DNA of 60,681 nt from Bacillota bacterium (lineage in GTDB: Bacteria > Bacillota > Sulfobacillia > JAUYEF01), in assembly GCA_030691635.1 (NCBI GenBank), contig JAUYEF010000326.1, positions 1-60,681 on the forward strand, in the 5' to 3' direction. The notes under the pieces were generated by a model. It was not told the DNA's origin, made no database searches, and worked only from the letters and a program-made list of their open reading frames with translations. Position 1 is the first letter of the stretch. Every line of letters begins with the position of its first letter. This document shows positions 58,292 to 60,681 of the stretch, piece after piece. The position numbers and the translations under genes were made by a program.

Positions 58292-58648
58292 ATGTCTCAA
58301 GAGAAGCTTCAAATACTAAAGATGGTCCAGGAGGGCAAGGTCACCGCTGACGAGGCGCTCAAGCTGATCGAAGCCCTTGAAAGCTCGGATGCAGGGGCGG
58401 CCATTCCGAAGACGTCCGCCCAGTGGCTCCGCGTACGAGTGACCGACAGCAAGACCGCGAAGCCCAAGGTGAACGTGAACCTGCCCATCGGTCTTCTGAG
58501 CGTGGTCACTAAGTTCGTGAAGATGGAGGACATGGGCGGGATAAACCTCAACGAGATCATCCGGCAGATCAAGGAAGGCGCGCGCGGAAAGATCGTAGAC
58601 GTGCAGGATGAGGATGAAGGCGTCCACGTTGAGGTTGTCATCGAATAG
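58292..58648 (+). CDS. Small protein with YvlB-like N-terminal motif
   Basis: EKLQILKMVQEGKVTADEALKLIEAL; LRVRVTD..KVNVNLP. Confidence 0.85.
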   Translation: MSQEKLQILKMVQEGKVTADEALKLIEALESSDAGAAIPKTSAQWLRVRVTDSKTAKPKVNVNLPIGLLSVVTKFVKMEDMGGINLNEIIRQIKEGARGKIVDVQDEDEGVHVEVVIE

Positions 58649-58705
58649 CCCTGGGTAGAGCTATCAAGTGACCGGCCTATCCTCAATGCGTGGGAGGGTC
58701 ATCGG

Positions 58706-59053
58706 ATGAAAGGTTTCGTGTTACGCTGGGTCATCAACTCGCTCGGGCTGATATTCACGGCGCTGTTGATGAAGCAGAGGGTCGTGCTTGCCGATCCGTG
58801 GACCGCCCTGATAGCTGCGGCTATCCTGGGCGTCGTGAACGCGATCTTGAGGCCCATCCTGCTGATCCTCACGCTCCCTCTGAACATCCTCACGCTCGGG
58901 CTGTTCACCTTCGTGGTGAACGGCCTGATGCTCGGGCTTGTCGACAGATTGGTGCCGGGGTTCGATATCAGAGGGGGCTTCGGCTCCACAGTGCTTGTGG
59001 CCCTGGTGCTGACGCTGATATCCTGGTTCATCGGCGGGCTGGTGGGGGACTAG
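58706..59053 (+). CDS. YvlD-like 4-TM membrane protein (phage holin family 4_2)
   Basis: NAILRPILLILTLPLNILTLGLFTFVVNG. Confidence 0.92.
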   Translation: MKGFVLRWVINSLGLIFTALLMKQRVVLADPWTALIAAAILGVVNAILRPILLILTLPLNILTLGLFTFVVNGLMLGLVDRLVPGFDIRGGFGSTVLVALVLTLISWFIGGLVGD

Positions 59054-59107
59054 GTCCGGGACAAGGCCGGGGAGACTAGAGCCAGAGCAGGACGCACGAG
59101 GAATTTG

Positions 59108-59138
59108 TGACCGGTGGTTCGATGTAAACCACCGGTCA
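59108..59138. terminator. Perfect 12-bp hairpin between convergent genes
   Basis: TGACCGGTGGTT-N7-AACCACCGGTCA. Confidence 0.7.
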
Positions 59139-59257
59139 TCATTGTGTGCCTGGCACAAGGAATACTAAAGAAAAGCGAGCCAGGGGTGAAACCCCGGCCC
59201 GGAGCAAACCGTATTGTGGCAGGGTAAAATGTTTCACCGTCCACTGCACCTTGACAA

Positions 59258-59995
59258 CTAGAAGATGTACTGGACCGTGACGTTGAACTGGATGGTGAGC
59301 TCACCTGCCAGCATCGGAGTCTGGTCGGCGACCGTTTTGGCCGCCATCCTCATGTATTCGTACTCCGGCCTCGGCTGGTACCCGCCCGACTCCACGATGG
59401 ACTTCACGCCCTTGATGGTGACGCCGGCGGCCTTGGCAAGCACGTCTGCCCTGTGGCGGGCGTCTTCCATGGCCTTAACCAGCGCCTCATCGCGGTACTT
59501 GGCCAGGTCCTTTACCTGGTAGGAGACGCTGTCGATCTGGTTGGAACCTGCCGCTGCGGCCTTGTCGAGCAGCGCCCCCACGTTGAACTCGGCGCTGACG
59601 GTTACCAGCAGGCTGTTGGTCGTCCTGAAGCCCACTAGCTTGGGCACGGCGTTATGGGGGTACTCATACACCGGGTGGACATTGAACGAGACGGTCCTCA
59701 TCTCTTCTTTCTTCACCCCTGCGCCGGACAGGGCGGCGATGAGCGCGTTCATCCTGGTCGCATTCTCAGCCATCGAAGCCTGAGCGGTGGTCGCCTGGGT
59801 GGTGACGCCGATACGGATGACCACGATGTCGGGCTTGACGCTGAGCTGCGCCTCGCCGTTGACGGAGATCACGTGCTCTTCGGGCACTTCCGCCGCGGCC
59901 GCAGGCTTGGTGTCCTGGGCTCGCAGCATATTGATGGATGAAGCGGCGACGATGGCCAGAGCGGCCAGTACTATGATCCAATCTCTGGTTTTCAT
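59258..59995 (-). CDS. SIMPL/DUF541 family exported protein
   Basis: ISVNGEA..SVKPD, A..DARHRA..LA.AAG, GELTIQFNVTVQY. Confidence 0.92.
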   Translation of the reverse strand: MKTRDWIIVLAALAIVAASSINMLRAQDTKPAAAAEVPEEHVISVNGEAQLSVKPDIVVIRIGVTTQATTAQASMAENATRMNALIAALSGAGVKKEEMRTVSFNVHPVYEYPHNAVPKLVGFRTTNSLLVTVSAEFNVGALLDKAAAAGSNQIDSVSYQVKDLAKYRDEALVKAMEDARHRADVLAKAAGVTIKGVKSIVESGGYQPRPEYEYMRMAAKTVADQTPMLAGELTIQFNVTVQYIF

Positions 59996-60120
59996 GGGTT
60001 TCCCTCCTTACATATCTGTGGCTTTTGACGATTGCCCGGAACTCGAAGTTCCGGTCGCGATACGCCTCGATAGAGGTATTGGACAAGAGGGCATACTCGC
60101 CTTCAGGGAGGTAGTTACCG

Positions 60121-60609
60121 GTGAAAAGGCTTTACAAGTCAAGGAAGGAACGCGTGATTTGGGGTGTGGCAGGGGGCATGGCAGAGTACTTCGAAGTCGA
60201 CCCGACCCTTGTGCGCCTGGCTTGGGTGCTGGTGGCGTTCAGCGGAGTGGGCGTGCTTGCATACATCGTGGCATCGCTTGTCATCCCTGAGGCGCCTTAC
60301 ACGACGGCGCCTGGACCGCATACGGCCAGGGAAGGCGGCGAAGCCCCCGCGGAGGGTCAGGGGACGGCGCCCGCCGCGCCCACGGAGGGCGCCGTGCTTG
60401 AGTGGCCGAAAGATGAACACCGCGATGAGCCAAGGCCCAAGAGCATGGCCAGCGATTCAAGGACGTTTGGGCTGATCCTGGTGCTGCTTGGCGCGGTGCT
60501 CATGGTCAGGCGTGTAATCCCGGGTGTCGTGCTCAATAACCTGTGGCCCGTCGCGTTGATCTTGCTGGGCGCGTATCTGGTGTCCCAGGCCACCAGGGGT
60601 GTGCGGTAA
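60121..60609 (+). CDS. PspC-domain membrane protein (YvlC-like)
   Basis: KRLYKSRKERVIWGVAGGMAEYFEVDPTLVRL; C-terminal WPVALILLG. Confidence 0.93.
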   Translation: MKRLYKSRKERVIWGVAGGMAEYFEVDPTLVRLAWVLVAFSGVGVLAYIVASLVIPEAPYTTAPGPHTAREGGEAPAEGQGTAPAAPTEGAVLEWPKDEHRDEPRPKSMASDSRTFGLILVLLGAVLMVRRVIPGVVLNNLWPVALILLGAYLVSQATRGVR

Positions 60610-60681
60610 TGAGATCCACGCGTTTCTGGAACGGGATCGTGCTGATACTCGCAGGCGCGCTCCTCTTGGCGCTCAACCAGG
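60609..60681 (+). CDS. Partial LiaF/LiaI-like membrane protein (truncated by the window end)
   Basis: TAATG coupling; MRSTRFWNGIVLILAGALLLALNQ. Confidence 0.6.
   Translation, partial: MRSTRFWNGIVLILAGALLLALNQ

Noticed and set aside
58706-59053. Holin-family gene as evidence of a prophage
   Set aside because: YvlD-type chromosomal gene in a yvl/psp context; no phage genes nearby

Overview
A 60.7 kb GC-rich chromosomal segment of an endospore-forming, flagellated Bacillota (Firmicutes). Gene order follows the Bacillus subtilis region: spoIID-spoIIQ-spoIIID-mbl-flhOP, fabZ, comF-flgM-flgKL-fliW-csrA, hpf-secA-prfB, ftsEX-ctpB-minJ-uvrBA(C), and a yvl/psp-like block. It carries a c-di-GMP-I riboswitch, a SAM-I riboswitch ahead of a folate-independent core methionine synthase and metK, the prfB +1 frameshift, and a pyruvylated secondary cell-wall polymer cluster (csaB/tagA). 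The best candidate for an undescribed system is at 20.7-24.8 kb. An unannotated 25-aa signal-peptide-like ORF (MSRLAKVVLALLALVLAGGANIQWG) is followed by two membrane-sensor HD-GYP phosphodiesterases and a DUF5317-like membrane protein with LspA-like aspartate motifs. This looks like a peptide-pheromone to c-di-GMP signalling module, and a diguanylate cyclase 10 kb upstream shares the same sensor domain. Other notable items are a 3.3 kb cassette bracketed by 37-bp direct repeats (deacetylase, frameshifted GT4, kinase) and a ~260-nt structured intergenic element before uvrB. All calls come from reading the sequence by eye; no searches were run.
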